Both the position numbers and the translations under genes were made by a program. A stretch of 64,000 bases of DNA from a virus (taxonomy: Duplodnaviria; Caudoviricetes), in IMG/VR virus record IMGVR_UViG_3300033121_000370, positions 1 through 64,000 of that record. One strand, given 5' to 3'. How positions within the stretch are numbered: the first letter of the stretch is position 1; every line of letters starts with the position of its first letter. Positions 41,523 through 50,435 of this stretch are shown in pieces. The notes under the pieces were generated by a model. It was not told the DNA's origin. It made no database searches and saw nothing but the letters and a program-made list of their open reading frames with translations.

Positions 41523-44423
41523 ATGGAACAGCTGTCCTTTAATTTTGACGTAGTTGCTGAAGAAGCTCCTCCTGCGCCTACCGTAACGAGTGGTCCTACA
41601 GTACCACTTAGCAAGGAGGTTTGGCAGCAGAAGTACGCAAACGGGACGGAGACTCATGCTGAGGCTATGGCTCGCATAGCCAAGGCTTTGGGAGATTCTG
41701 AGGAACACACAGCCAAGTTCCAGGAAATCCTATCAGAAATGAGGTTCCTGCCAGCAGGGCGTATACAGGCTGGTGCTGGGTCGCCTAAGCGTGTTACATA
41801 CCTAAACTGCTTTTTGTCTGGAGAAATCTTCGATTCTATGGATTCCATCATGGATGCAGCCAAGGAAGCTGCTGAGACCATGAGGATGGGAGGCGGCATT
41901 GGGTTTAACTTCGGGCGCATTCGTCCTAGGGGAGACCTAATTAAATCCTTGGATAGCCGTGCCTCTGGGCCTATTTCTTTCATGGGTATCTTCAATGCAG
42001 TGTGTCAAACTATCGCCTCTGCTGGCCATCGCCGGGGGGCCATGATGGGGACTTTGCCCTGCTCCCACCCAGACATCTTCGAGTTTGTCAGGGCCAAGCG
42101 AAACGAAGAGAGCTTACGGGGTTTCAATATCTCTGTTCTGTGTACAGATGAGTTTATGGAAGCAGTAAAAGCTGATGGTGACTACAACCTAACCTTTGAG
42201 GGAAAGGTATACCGGACTATCCGTGCTCGTGAACTCTGGGACGAAATTATGATGTCTACTTGGGACTGGGCGGAGCCGGGCATACTCTTTATTGACCGAA
42301 TAAACCGTGAGAACAACGTCAGCTATGCCCATGAAATTATGGGAGTTAACCCTTGCGTTACCGGAGATACTCGTTTAGCTACCTCACGAGGCCTAGTAAC
42401 AGTCAAAGAGTTATTCGATAGCCAAGAACAACTCAGTGTAGTAGCCGACAAACGCATCTTAAACTCCGGCCTCGGTGTGGAATTTAGGGATGCTGTACCT
42501 GTATTCCAGACATCTGAGATGGCTAAGGTGTACAAGGTTACAACTAAGGCTGGTTACTCTATTCGAGCTACAGATTGGCATGGTTTCTTTGTCGCAGGAA
42601 GAGAGAAAGAGATTACTAGACTAAAAGATTTACAGGTTGGCCAAAAGCTACTAATACAGTCTGGAGAGGGTGGATTTGGCTTACAGGGGTATCCAGAACT
42701 TGGAAGAGTATTAGGGTTTATTACTGGTGACGGACATATCTCAGGAGAAATACCAAAGGCTACCATAGGTTTCTGGGGTCTAGACACTGAGTACGCTGAC
42801 TCCTTAGCTCAAGACGTAGAGGTAATCCTCAAACGGGAAACTAATAGTCATAAAAAGGTAAGTCCTTATGCTACCATAGCACGGAAATATCGTGGTATCG
42901 GTTCTACTGTACTAGCTCGTGTTCTAGCCCGCTATGGGTTTACAAAAGAAACTAAATTAAAGGTTCCTGATGTTATTTGGAAAGGTAACCGTGAAACTGT
43001 AGTTGCTTATCTGCAAGGTCTGTTCGAGACCGACGGTACTATCAATCGTTGCGTAGATACGTGCTCAGTTAGACTATCTTCTTCACACCGTTCTCTCCTA
43101 GAAGAAGTACAAATACTCCTCAGCAACTTCGGGGTGTACTCAACGATTAGTTCCCGCCGTAAGCCTGGATATAGAAACATGCCTAAGAATGACGGAACAG
43201 GTGAAATGAAGGCTTACTTCTGTAAAGAGAACTTTGAGCTCATTATTGATGGTTCTTCAAGAGAAATCTTTATGGAAGAGATTGGTTTCTATGGGCTCCG
43301 TAAGCAGGAGAAATACCTCGACTGGAAAGTAGGTAAGGCCCTCTACAAGAAGCAGCCGTTTACATCCGAGATTAGCTCTATCGAGGAGGACGGTTACGAG
43401 CCTGTTTACGATACAACTCAGCCTGATATGAACACAGTTATCTTCAACGGTTTAGTTACATCTCAGTGTGGAGAGGTCCCACTTCAACCCTATGGGGCTT
43501 GCCTCCTTGGTTCATTTAATATGGTAAAGTACCTAAACGAAGAAGCTAAAGAGTTTGATTGGCACACCCTTATACAGGACATTTCTACTGTAGTAAGGGC
43601 TATGGACAATGTAAACGATGTTAGTCCCTTTCCTCTCCCAGCCCAGAAGGAGGAAGCTCGTAAGTACCGCCGCATAGGCTTAGGTGTTACCGGCATGGCT
43701 AATGCGCTAGAGTTTTTAGGGCACTCATATGCCTCAGACTCTTACCTAACCGAGCAAGACAAGATTCTTGAGACCCTGTGTAATGCTGCCTATCAGGCAT
43801 CTGCTTACCTAGCTAAAGAAAAGGGGGTTTTTCCCCGATTTGATAAAGAGAAGTTCCTAAATTCCCCCTTTGTGCAGCGCTTGGCTGAGCCCACTAAAGC
43901 TTTAATTAGGGAATACGGGGTACGAAATTCTCACCTAACAAGTCTTGCACCTACAGGAACAATCAGTTTAACAGCTGATAATGTATCTTCTGGTATTGAA
44001 CCAGTGTTCAGTCATTCGTATACCCGGACCATCCAGACATTTGACGGCCCTGTGGTTGAAGCAGTTAAGGACTACGCATACGCCAAGTGGGGTATTAAAG
44101 GCAGAACATCTGGTGAGTGTCCAGTAGAAGACCATGTAGCTGTACTGGCTAGGGCTCAACGCTTCGTAGACCAAGCAGTGTCTAAGACGTGTAACGTTGG
44201 TAACCGTGTTACCTTCGATGAGTTCAAGGATGTTTACATGTTGGCCTACGAGAAAGGTTGCAAAGGTATTACTACTTTCCGTGCTGCCGGTAAGCGCTAC
44301 GGCATCCTGAACGAGACTACCAAGAAGGACGATAAACCTGAGCAGGAAGCCACTTTAGATGTTGCACCAGCTGCTGAGGCGTGCTATTATGACCCTAGTA
44401 CTGGTAAGAAGAGCTGTGAATGA
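41523..44423 (+). CDS. nrdJ: class II (B12-dependent) ribonucleotide reductase with intein
   Basis: PAGR, NCF, GGGIG, RRGAMM, NP|CGE, LAPTGTIS, KGITTFR; no beta-subunit gene nearby. Confidence 0.92.
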   Translation: MEQLSFNFDVVAEEAPPAPTVTSGPTVPLSKEVWQQKYANGTETHAEAMARIAKALGDSEEHTAKFQEILSEMRFLPAGRIQAGAGSPKRVTYLNCFLSGEIFDSMDSIMDAAKEAAETMRMGGGIGFNFGRIRPRGDLIKSLDSRASGPISFMGIFNAVCQTIASAGHRRGAMMGTLPCSHPDIFEFVRAKRNEESLRGFNISVLCTDEFMEAVKADGDYNLTFEGKVYRTIRARELWDEIMMSTWDWAEPGILFIDRINRENNVSYAHEIMGVNPCVTGDTRLATSRGLVTVKELFDSQEQLSVVADKRILNSGLGVEFRDAVPVFQTSEMAKVYKVTTKAGYSIRATDWHGFFVAGREKEITRLKDLQVGQKLLIQSGEGGFGLQGYPELGRVLGFITGDGHISGEIPKATIGFWGLDTEYADSLAQDVEVILKRETNSHKKVSPYATIARKYRGIGSTVLARVLARYGFTKETKLKVPDVIWKGNRETVVAYLQGLFETDGTINRCVDTCSVRLSSSHRSLLEEVQILLSNFGVYSTISSRRKPGYRNMPKNDGTGEMKAYFCKENFELIIDGSSREIFMEEIGFYGLRKQEKYLDWKVGKALYKKQPFTSEISSIEEDGYEPVYDTTQPDMNTVIFNGLVTSQCGEVPLQPYGACLLGSFNMVKYLNEEAKEFDWHTLIQDISTVVRAMDNVNDVSPFPLPAQKEEARKYRRIGLGVTGMANALEFLGHSYASDSYLTEQDKILETLCNAAYQASAYLAKEKGVFPRFDKEKFLNSPFVQRLAEPTKALIREYGVRNSHLTSLAPTGTISLTADNVSSGIEPVFSHSYTRTIQTFDGPVVEAVKDYAYAKWGIKGRTSGECPVEDHVAVLARAQRFVDQAVSKTCNVGNRVTFDEFKDVYMLAYEKGCKGITTFRAAGKRYGILNETTKKDDKPEQEATLDVAPAAEACYYDPSTGKKSCE
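42354..43466 (+). mobile_element. intein (371 aa) with LAGLIDADG domain and C-terminal Gln
   Basis: CVTGDTRL start, TDWH, FITGDG/LFETDG, NGLVTSQ|C end. Confidence 0.9.
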
Positions 44424-44656
44424 CCGTAGCTAAGATTGGCAAGGTAACTTTGAAATCGCTGGATAACTTAAGGTTTATCCCAGGGCCTACTGACTGTCAC
44501 CCCTTTGCCATTATAGACAAAGCTGCCCGAGAAGACTGGGAGAGGCTTACTATTACAGGCAAGACTAAACAAGGGGAGCACATCCACTGGAGCTCTACTA
44601 GCAGTAAGCCTCTTATCTTGTTTGACATAGAAGTACTAAGAAAGGACTTGGTGTAA
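44420..44656 (+). CDS. hypothetical protein
   Basis: ATGA-coupled to nrdJ. Confidence 0.5.
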   Translation: MTVAKIGKVTLKSLDNLRFIPGPTDCHPFAIIDKAAREDWERLTITGKTKQGEHIHWSSTSSKPLILFDIEVLRKDLV

Positions 44657-44658
44657 AG

Positions 44659-44931
44659 ATGACTAAGAAGAAACAGACAGAAGACAAGGATGCCCTACAG
44701 CGGGATGTAACCCCTCTGGACATCTGCCGCTACGACTACCGGAAGCACATCTTCAGGGGCTTCTTTGACACTGTAAATGACTCAGTGGAGTTTACTCCAA
44801 GCGGCTGGGGCACAGGGGAGACTACTGACCTGACGAAGAAAGAGTTCAAGCACTTTGCCAAGATGGTCCAGCGTATGTACCAAGACATCCTGGCTCTTGA
44901 GGACAAATACGGAGATTCAGATGCTTTCTAG
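44659..44931 (+). CDS. hypothetical protein
   Basis: 90-aa ORF. Confidence 0.5.
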   Translation: MTKKKQTEDKDALQRDVTPLDICRYDYRKHIFRGFFDTVNDSVEFTPSGWGTGETTDLTKKEFKHFAKMVQRMYQDILALEDKYGDSDAF

Positions 44932-45151
44932 TCGCTATTTCCCACCTTTTACGTTTACAGAGTGTGTAGATGTGTCGTCGGGTACCGATTACTTTCACAT
45001 TTGGGCTTCCTCAACCCCTACCTCTTGGCCACAGGAACGGTCATACTTTGCAACGGGTAACCTAAAACTAGATAGAAAAGCTGCGGCAATTTTGGCAGGT
45101 GCCCTAAAGCTCTTTCTGGACACAGAAAAGGACATCCAGGACAATGACTAG
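44921..45151 (+). CDS. hypothetical protein
   Basis: ATG with GGAG RBS overlapping the previous stop. Confidence 0.45.
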   Translation: MLSSRYFPPFTFTECVDVSSGTDYFHIWASSTPTSWPQERSYFATGNLKLDRKAAAILAGALKLFLDTEKDIQDND

Positions 45152-45446
45152 AGAAGAACTACTGGCTAAGGCCAAGGAATATGTGTGCGCCGATAGGGCT
45201 GCTAGCTACGCCGGGCCTGAGGAATCCTTTGGCCTAATAAGCCAGTTCTGGTCAGTATACAAAGGTGTACACTTCTCACCGAGAGATGTAGCTGCCATGA
45301 TGGCCCTGTTGAAGCTGGCTCGTATAGCCAAGAACAGCAACCATGAGGATTCCTGGATAGACGTAGCGGGCTACGCTGCCTGTGGGGTTGAGTGTAAGCA
45401 GGAGATGACTGAGCTTCCTACTAGTGAAGCTTTCCTAAAATGCTAA
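45144..45446 (+). CDS. DUF6378-like phage protein (putative nucleotide pyrophosphohydrolase fold)
   Basis: DR..YAGPEESF..DVAAMMALLKLAR..DSWIDVAGYAA. Confidence 0.75.
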   Translation: MTREELLAKAKEYVCADRAASYAGPEESFGLISQFWSVYKGVHFSPRDVAAMMALLKLARIAKNSNHEDSWIDVAGYAACGVECKQEMTELPTSEAFLKC

Positions 45447-45534
45447 GGATAACCCGTCCGTACATATCTTCCTAAAGTCAAGTCCTGTATAATTTGTGGA
45501 GGCAACCTACTAATCTCTAAGGACCTCCTCCCAC

Positions 45535-45969
45535 GTGACCAGAAGCCCCATCTACCAGAGAGTACTTAGTTCCCAATTTAACAAGTGTGCTTACTGTGAA
45601 GATGAGATGATTCTGGAGTACGGAAAGGCTAAGTCAGTAACCCTAGACCACGTAGTGCCCAAGAGCCGAGGCGGAAGAGATTTAGTAGGCGCTTGTTATA
45701 CCTGTAACCAAAAGAAAGGTGCTAAGCCCTTGATGCAGTTTCTAAAAGAGGATTTATACCCCCATGACCATGAAAAAGCTTCTGCTCTTTTTAACTCCAT
45801 TGCTAGTGGTCTTAACCGTGACCGGGTGCTCCTTCACAAGGACAATACCCCAAGGGAACGAGTTGTGCTTGGTCCTTCTACAGCCTATCTCTATGGGCGG
45901 GGTATTGCCGGGGTCAGAGTCCGAGAGACAAGTAGTCCTACACAACTGTCGCTATTTAAAGCTTTGTAA
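45535..45969 (+). CDS. HNH endonuclease
   Basis: CAYC, TLDHVVPKSRGG, ACYTCNQKK. Confidence 0.8.
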   Translation: MTRSPIYQRVLSSQFNKCAYCEDEMILEYGKAKSVTLDHVVPKSRGGRDLVGACYTCNQKKGAKPLMQFLKEDLYPHDHEKASALFNSIASGLNRDRVLLHKDNTPRERVVLGPSTAYLYGRGIAGVRVRETSSPTQLSLFKAL

Positions 45970-46003
45970 GCCTGACCTTTGGGAGGATACCTGTGGAAGC
46001 TAA
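45764..46003 (+). CDS. lipoprotein, o-spanin (Rz1)-like, overlapping the HNH gene in another frame
   Basis: MKKLLLFLTPLLVVLTVTG|C signal and lipobox; C..PI..ERQVVLHN..Y..LC. Confidence 0.65.
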   Translation: MTMKKLLLFLTPLLVVLTVTGCSFTRTIPQGNELCLVLLQPISMGGVLPGSESERQVVLHNCRYLKLCKPDLWEDTCGS

Positions 46004-46244
46004 ATACCTGGAACAGATTGATAAGGCTATAGAAAATGCCCCTACCCGCGAGGAGAAGGAGCTTATTCACTGGCACACTACCAACTTCTATAACTTGGCT
46101 ATCCCTAATAAGTACAGCCCTTGGGGTATAGACCCAGAGGCTTTCAACGCTATGTTAGGCAGCCACGACTTCCTTAGGAAGTATATCTCTACGGAAACAG
46201 CTTCCGAAGCTCCTCCTGAACCGAGTGAAGCTTCTCCGGGCTAG
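45993..46244 (+). CDS. hypothetical protein
   Basis: GTG start with GGAGG RBS; convergent overlap with 46189..46416. Confidence 0.5.
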   Translation: MEAKYLEQIDKAIENAPTREEKELIHWHTTNFYNLAIPNKYSPWGIDPEAFNAMLGSHDFLRKYISTETASEAPPEPSEASPG

Positions 46245-46416
46245 CCTTAGCTAACTCTGCATCCGACTTAAGAGCGTCCTTGATAACAGTATCTTGGGCG
46301 CTTCTTTCTTTGGAAGCCTCTGCGCGTGTACCGGCCTCATATGTAGCCCAATAGGAAATCCCCCTCCAGATGTACTCCAGAAGGGGACCCAAGAGCTCTT
46401 TAATAGAAAAGCTCAT
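46189..46416 (-). CDS. possible i-spanin-like lysis protein
   Basis: last gene of the lysis cassette; N-terminal hydrophobic/aromatic helix then charged helix. Confidence 0.45.
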   Translation of the reverse strand: MSFSIKELLGPLLEYIWRGISYWATYEAGTRAEASKERSAQDTVIKDALKSDAELAKASPEKLHSVQEELRKLFP

Positions 46417-46425
46417 CTATGTCAA

Positions 46426-46584
46426 TCACTTAGCAGTAATACCGTTACGGATAGTAGCGCCTAGAGCGGCAGTTACTACCAGCTGAATGGTGTCAGCCAG
46501 GGAGGCGTCACCAACCAAGTAAGAAGCAATAGCGCCTAGAGCGGCTACAGCAGCTACAATGTATGTCTTATAACCCTTTAGCAT
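46426..46584 (-). CDS. holin-like 52-aa membrane protein
   Basis: MLKGYKTYIVAAVAALGAIASYLVG..LVVTAALGATIRNGI; not in the ORF track. Confidence 0.7.
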   Translation of the reverse strand: MLKGYKTYIVAAVAALGAIASYLVGDASLADTIQLVVTAALGATIRNGITAK

Positions 46585-46589
46585 TTCCT

Positions 46590-47000
46590 TCAGTTGTCCT
46601 TTCGTAGTTCAAAGTGTGGCATGTCGATGAACTTGTCATCACCTACAACGCCGTTCATGTTAAAGTCTCCACCCCACCGGATAGAGATTCCAAGGCGTTT
46701 AGCTTCGCCTAGAATATGTGTAGCTAGCTTACGCAGCTTAGCTTTGTTCCAACTTAGCTGCCCGTTAACCATAGGGCAAATGTCTACAGCCTCGGAGGGC
46801 TGCCTATTGTGCTTTGAAGTAGGCCAAGGCGTCTTGGACTTACCCTCTAGTACAGCTTTGTCCTGGTCTTCCCTGGAGCGATAGCCACAGACAACCATAA
46901 AATCTATGGGGGTAGTCTTAATAGCCTCGGTAAATAACTCCTGAAGCTTTGGGTGGGCTGTGCTAAGACGCCCTAGAGAGAGCTTAGAGAACCTAGCCAC
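46590..47000 (-). CDS. endolysin, M15-family peptidase
   Basis: CGYRS, SKHN, AVDI, WGGDF, DMPHFEL. Confidence 0.9.
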   Translation of the reverse strand: MARFSKLSLGRLSTAHPKLQELFTEAIKTTPIDFMVVCGYRSREDQDKAVLEGKSKTPWPTSKHNRQPSEAVDICPMVNGQLSWNKAKLRKLATHILGEAKRLGISIRWGGDFNMNGVVGDDKFIDMPHFELRKDN

Positions 47001-47748
47001 TTCTACCTGAGCTCCTTAGCTTTTGTTGTGGGTGAGGGCGCTCTTCAGGGGGTTTCCGGCCCTCTAGGCGGGCTTTTACCCGCTCAACGTGGAACCAGGT
47101 CTCATCTGGGAGGTACCTAGAAATTACGTTGTAGTCAGTTGTACCCAAGCGGTCTATCAACCTGCGGAGGTGGCCCTGGCCCCAATTATAACCAGCTAGG
47201 CCTAGCTCTAACGTACCAAACTTACTTACCTGTTGTCTGATGTACTCTTGCCCAAAGCTCCTGTTTAGGGAGGGGTCATTCAACATCCCCTCATGGAAAT
47301 TGTCTATGCCTCGTTTCCTAGCTAGCTCTGCCGCTGTTTCAGGCATAAGCTGCATAAGGCCCCTTGCACCTGCTTCTGAGCGGGCTCTAGGCCTGTGGGA
47401 GCTCTCTACAAACTCTAGAGCGTTGTACACAGATTCCGGTCGGTGCCCTGCCCAAGGGCCTGTCTCTGGAGGAGCACTACGCCGTGGGAACACTACAGGC
47501 GCTGGAGGCTTACGCTGGGGCAAGGGAGGAAGGACTACAGGAGCTGGAAGGCTGGGAGCCAAGTCTCGTAGCCCTGCTTCAGCTAGCGGGTCTTCTTGGG
47601 TCATCTGGTCCAGCATATCCCTAGAGATAAGGTCCTGGACAGTAGGGCCGCTAGGCCGCTGAGGGTTAGCCGCTATCTGCTGTAGGAGCCTATTAGAGCG
47701 CTCTACACCAGGTCTACTTGTACTTAGGAAATCCAGAAAACCAGCCAC
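46993..47748 (-). CDS. lytic transglycosylase (SLT domain)
   Basis: VESS, GARGLMQLMPETA, AGYNWG; likely GTG start at 47748 (ORF track start 47871). Confidence 0.9.
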   Translation of the reverse strand: MAGFLDFLSTSRPGVERSNRLLQQIAANPQRPSGPTVQDLISRDMLDQMTQEDPLAEAGLRDLAPSLPAPVVLPPLPQRKPPAPVVFPRRSAPPETGPWAGHRPESVYNALEFVESSHRPRARSEAGARGLMQLMPETAAELARKRGIDNFHEGMLNDPSLNRSFGQEYIRQQVSKFGTLELGLAGYNWGQGHLRRLIDRLGTTDYNVISRYLPDETWFHVERVKARLEGRKPPEERPHPQQKLRSSGRSG

Positions 47749-47755
47749 AGCTAAG

Positions 47756-48085
47756 TTAGTACTCCATGTCCAAGGTATAGTCGCCATCAATAAGAGGACC
47801 AGCCTCAGCCTTGATAGCTTCCTTGAGCAGCTCGGCTGCCCCCAGGGCTTCAATAAGAGAGAAGCCAACATTCAATACCTGTATTTCATCGTCTTTGTCC
47901 TTTACAAGGCACAGCAAACTAGATACATTATCTGCTTCGAAAGCTTTCTTTAGATGACTGTAAGCAGTTGCCAGTCCTTGGTCTACTACGCTCAACGGAT
48001 TCACCTCTACGGCTTCTTGGGCTTTCTTTGGCTTCTTAGCCTTTTTTGGCTTTAACTTTGTTGGAAACTCTATTACGTCTGCCAT
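47756..48085 (-). CDS. hypothetical protein
   Basis: MADVIEFP start, 109 aa. Confidence 0.55.
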   Translation of the reverse strand: MADVIEFPTKLKPKKAKKPKKAQEAVEVNPLSVVDQGLATAYSHLKKAFEADNVSSLLCLVKDKDDEIQVLNVGFSLIEALGAAELLKEAIKAEAGPLIDGDYTLDMEY

Positions 48086-48173
48086 TTCTCTTCTTCTTCT
48101 TAGCTTTCTTCTTTTTCTTTAGTAGGCTAGGAGTGCTAATCATTCTAGGAGTGGATGCTCGGGATATTACCAT
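48036..48173 (-). CDS. 45-aa highly basic peptide with a capsid-like N-arm
   Basis: MVISRASTPRMISTPSLLKKKKKAKKKKRNGRR..; ATG 7 nt after the previous stop; not in the ORF track. Confidence 0.6.
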   Translation of the reverse strand: MVISRASTPRMISTPSLLKKKKKAKKKKRNGRRNRVSNKVKAKKG

Positions 48174-48180
48174 CTTCTAA

Positions 48181-48516
48181 TTATCTGTACCGGGGGAGCT
48201 TTTTCCTGCCCCCTTTAGGCCTTCCACCATTAGTACTGTTCCTGCCCCTATTAGCAGACTTCGAAAGAATGCGTAAATTGCTTTTAGTAGTTGAGCCACC
48301 GGACTTCAGAGACCTTTTGTGGTCTACATCCTTTCCATCCCCCTTGTGGGCTTTACCGGCTTTAACCATGATGCGTCTGGCTTTGTTTCGCGCCGCCCTC
48401 TTCTTCTTCTGCTCAGGGCTAGCGTGATACATTTGGTATTCTCTTTTATAATCACGGACTCGGCCTGTAGCCTTAGTAGTCTTTTTGCTACTACTTCTTT
48501 TCTTTTTTACTGGCAT
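48181..48516 (-). CDS. basic HNH-like protein
   Basis: RDYKREY, GDGKDVDH, SNLRI..S.NRGRN. Confidence 0.75.
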   Translation of the reverse strand: MPVKKKRSSSKKTTKATGRVRDYKREYQMYHASPEQKKKRAARNKARRIMVKAGKAHKGDGKDVDHKRSLKSGGSTTKSNLRILSKSANRGRNSTNGGRPKGGRKKLPRYR

Positions 48517-48604
48517 CGCTCTTTTTTACTTTCGGAATATTCACTTTAACCGAAGGCTTTAGGGAGTACACAATCTTAAAAGGCACATCTGTGTTCGTAG
48601 GCAT
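48491..48604 (-). CDS. small basic peptide
   Basis: 37-aa ORF filling the gap; low support. Confidence 0.3.
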   Translation of the reverse strand: MPTNTDVPFKIVYSLKPSVKVNIPKVKKSDASKKEKK

Positions 48605-48632
48605 ACCGTTTGTGTCTCCCTTAAATTCAACC

Positions 48633-50423
48633 TCAATTATAGCACGGAATCTTCTTTTGAAAGAAATCATTATAATCCAATGGCTTACCAGCAGCAGCCT
48701 CTGCTTGCTCTTCCAGCTTCTTCTGCTTTTCCTGTAGGGCGAGGTACTGCTTCCAACCGTATCCAATCAAGCTGTTATCGTCTAGGTGGAGGGTCATCCC
48801 TAACTTCTTCTGGAAAGTCGGTACTACGTGCATGAAGTCCTGGTATAGGGCTACAAACTCTCCGGTAGTAAGGAACTTACGGTAAGTGCTTGGAAACTCC
48901 CCTACAAATGGCTGGGGGTTAGCCTCATCAATACCTACAGTAACATACTTAGGTTTGCCTGTATCCAGAAGAGCTGTCTGGTTTACCTGCTCGGGGTCTA
49001 CATTAGAGTCAAAGCCCACCATATGGGTCTTGCTGTATCCCATTAGCTCCAGGATTCCTAGGGTGCGAATGGCTGAGCAAGTTCCCACAGCTGTTGCCGA
49101 GGTAGTAGCTACATTGAGCTTGCCCTTGTTAGCTCTGAAAAAATCCACCAATTCGTTGTTAAACGTGTGAAACCCTAGAACCCTTAGACCGCGCTTGATG
49201 AAGTGCCTAGTAACGCTAGGATGGGTCATAGAGGCTAGCAGGAATAACGTATCAGTTGAGGCTTCCTTGAATAGGTCTTTGCGAACCTTGCCCAGTGTGG
49301 ACACGCCTGTGAGCTCCCTAGGGTCTAGGATTACACAAAAGTCTGGCGTAATACCTGCCGCCACAAGGCGAGGAAAGCTGTGCTTCACGCAGAAGATGTC
49401 TGCCCCACGCTCCTTCAGCTGCTTAATCTTGGGCAGGAACTTTTCCAGGCTAGGTCCACCAGATACAACTACAGCTGTACGCTTGTGCGGCTGTAGCCGG
49501 ACTAACCAGGAATCAATAAGCTTAGTGTTAGTCTTGATGTTCTTTAGGAGCTCTTTCTTGTCTACACAGTCTGTTGGGTTTACCTTGTACGCTCCGAACT
49601 TGGGTGACTCACTGTTTGCTTGCTTTACAGCAGCCGCTGGAGCATCCTTCAGGTTGCCCTTTAAATGGGTCATGAAGTTGCCAAGAACTGATTGCTTAAA
49701 GGCTGCAAGGCCTTGAGCGTCCTCAGGCGTTAGGCTCTTTGTCTTAAGGCCATGCCACTTGTGGATGTTCAACAGGCGTTCAAAGATGAAACCATCGTGC
49801 CACTCGCCGTAGAACTGGAACTCACCTGAGAGGAACATATCCAGGTTGTTACTAAGAAATACACGTACCCGTGGGTTGCTGACCTTGTACGCCACAAAGC
49901 TTGTTTCAGAGTAGTAGGTAGACTTACGGCCTAGATGAACCAGGTCAGCCTCCCCAGATACCCAAGAATCAATGTCAGCTTCAGATACCTTTTTGTTAGT
50001 GATGGTATCAGCGTCCAGCCAGATAATCCACTCGTAGTTATCCCCTACAGTTGCATTAGCTGCTGCTAGAGCGAATACCTTATTAGTAAACTTAAGAGCA
50101 TCTAGCTGCCAAGGGATAGCTCCTTGCTTAATGGCCTCTTCGGGGATACGGGTCTTTAGCAGGTTAACCGTACCATCTTTGAATACCTTAAGCTCTGGAA
50201 TCTCATCCAGGTTACCATACTTAATGTTCTTCTGCTTCAGCATATCTGTGGGAACCCAAGGCTTAACAGGTGTTGGGTACTCCGAGTGATGGTAAACGAT
50301 GAGGTCTACACTCTTGGGCCAATTAGCTGCCCATGAGCTGATGAACTTCTTACCGTACTTGTGGTAGCCCTTCTCAGAAAACGAGGTTACTACTAGATAC
50401 TTCTTCTTTTTAGCTTTTACCAT
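48633..50423 (-). CDS. GT-A glycosyltransferase-like domain fused to a Maf/DUF115-like domain
   Basis: TSFSEKGY, KFTNKVFA, WLDADT, WHDGFIF; C-part VVSGGPSL, GITPDFCVILDPR, MVGFDS. Confidence 0.75.
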   Translation of the reverse strand: MVKAKKKKYLVVTSFSEKGYHKYGKKFISSWAANWPKSVDLIVYHHSEYPTPVKPWVPTDMLKQKNIKYGNLDEIPELKVFKDGTVNLLKTRIPEEAIKQGAIPWQLDALKFTNKVFALAAANATVGDNYEWIIWLDADTITNKKVSEADIDSWVSGEADLVHLGRKSTYYSETSFVAYKVSNPRVRVFLSNNLDMFLSGEFQFYGEWHDGFIFERLLNIHKWHGLKTKSLTPEDAQGLAAFKQSVLGNFMTHLKGNLKDAPAAAVKQANSESPKFGAYKVNPTDCVDKKELLKNIKTNTKLIDSWLVRLQPHKRTAVVVSGGPSLEKFLPKIKQLKERGADIFCVKHSFPRLVAAGITPDFCVILDPRELTGVSTLGKVRKDLFKEASTDTLFLLASMTHPSVTRHFIKRGLRVLGFHTFNNELVDFFRANKGKLNVATTSATAVGTCSAIRTLGILELMGYSKTHMVGFDSNVDPEQVNQTALLDTGKPKYVTVGIDEANPQPFVGEFPSTYRKFLTTGEFVALYQDFMHVVPTFQKKLGMTLHLDDNSLIGYGWKQYLALQEKQKKLEEQAEAAAGKPLDYNDFFQKKIPCYN

Positions 50424-50435
50424 TATTGTTACTTC

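Noticed and set aside
32516-45446. T7-type single-subunit RNA polymerase
   Set aside because: No ORF with its motifs in the window; sigma70-type promoters are seen instead (genes outside the window cannot be excluded)
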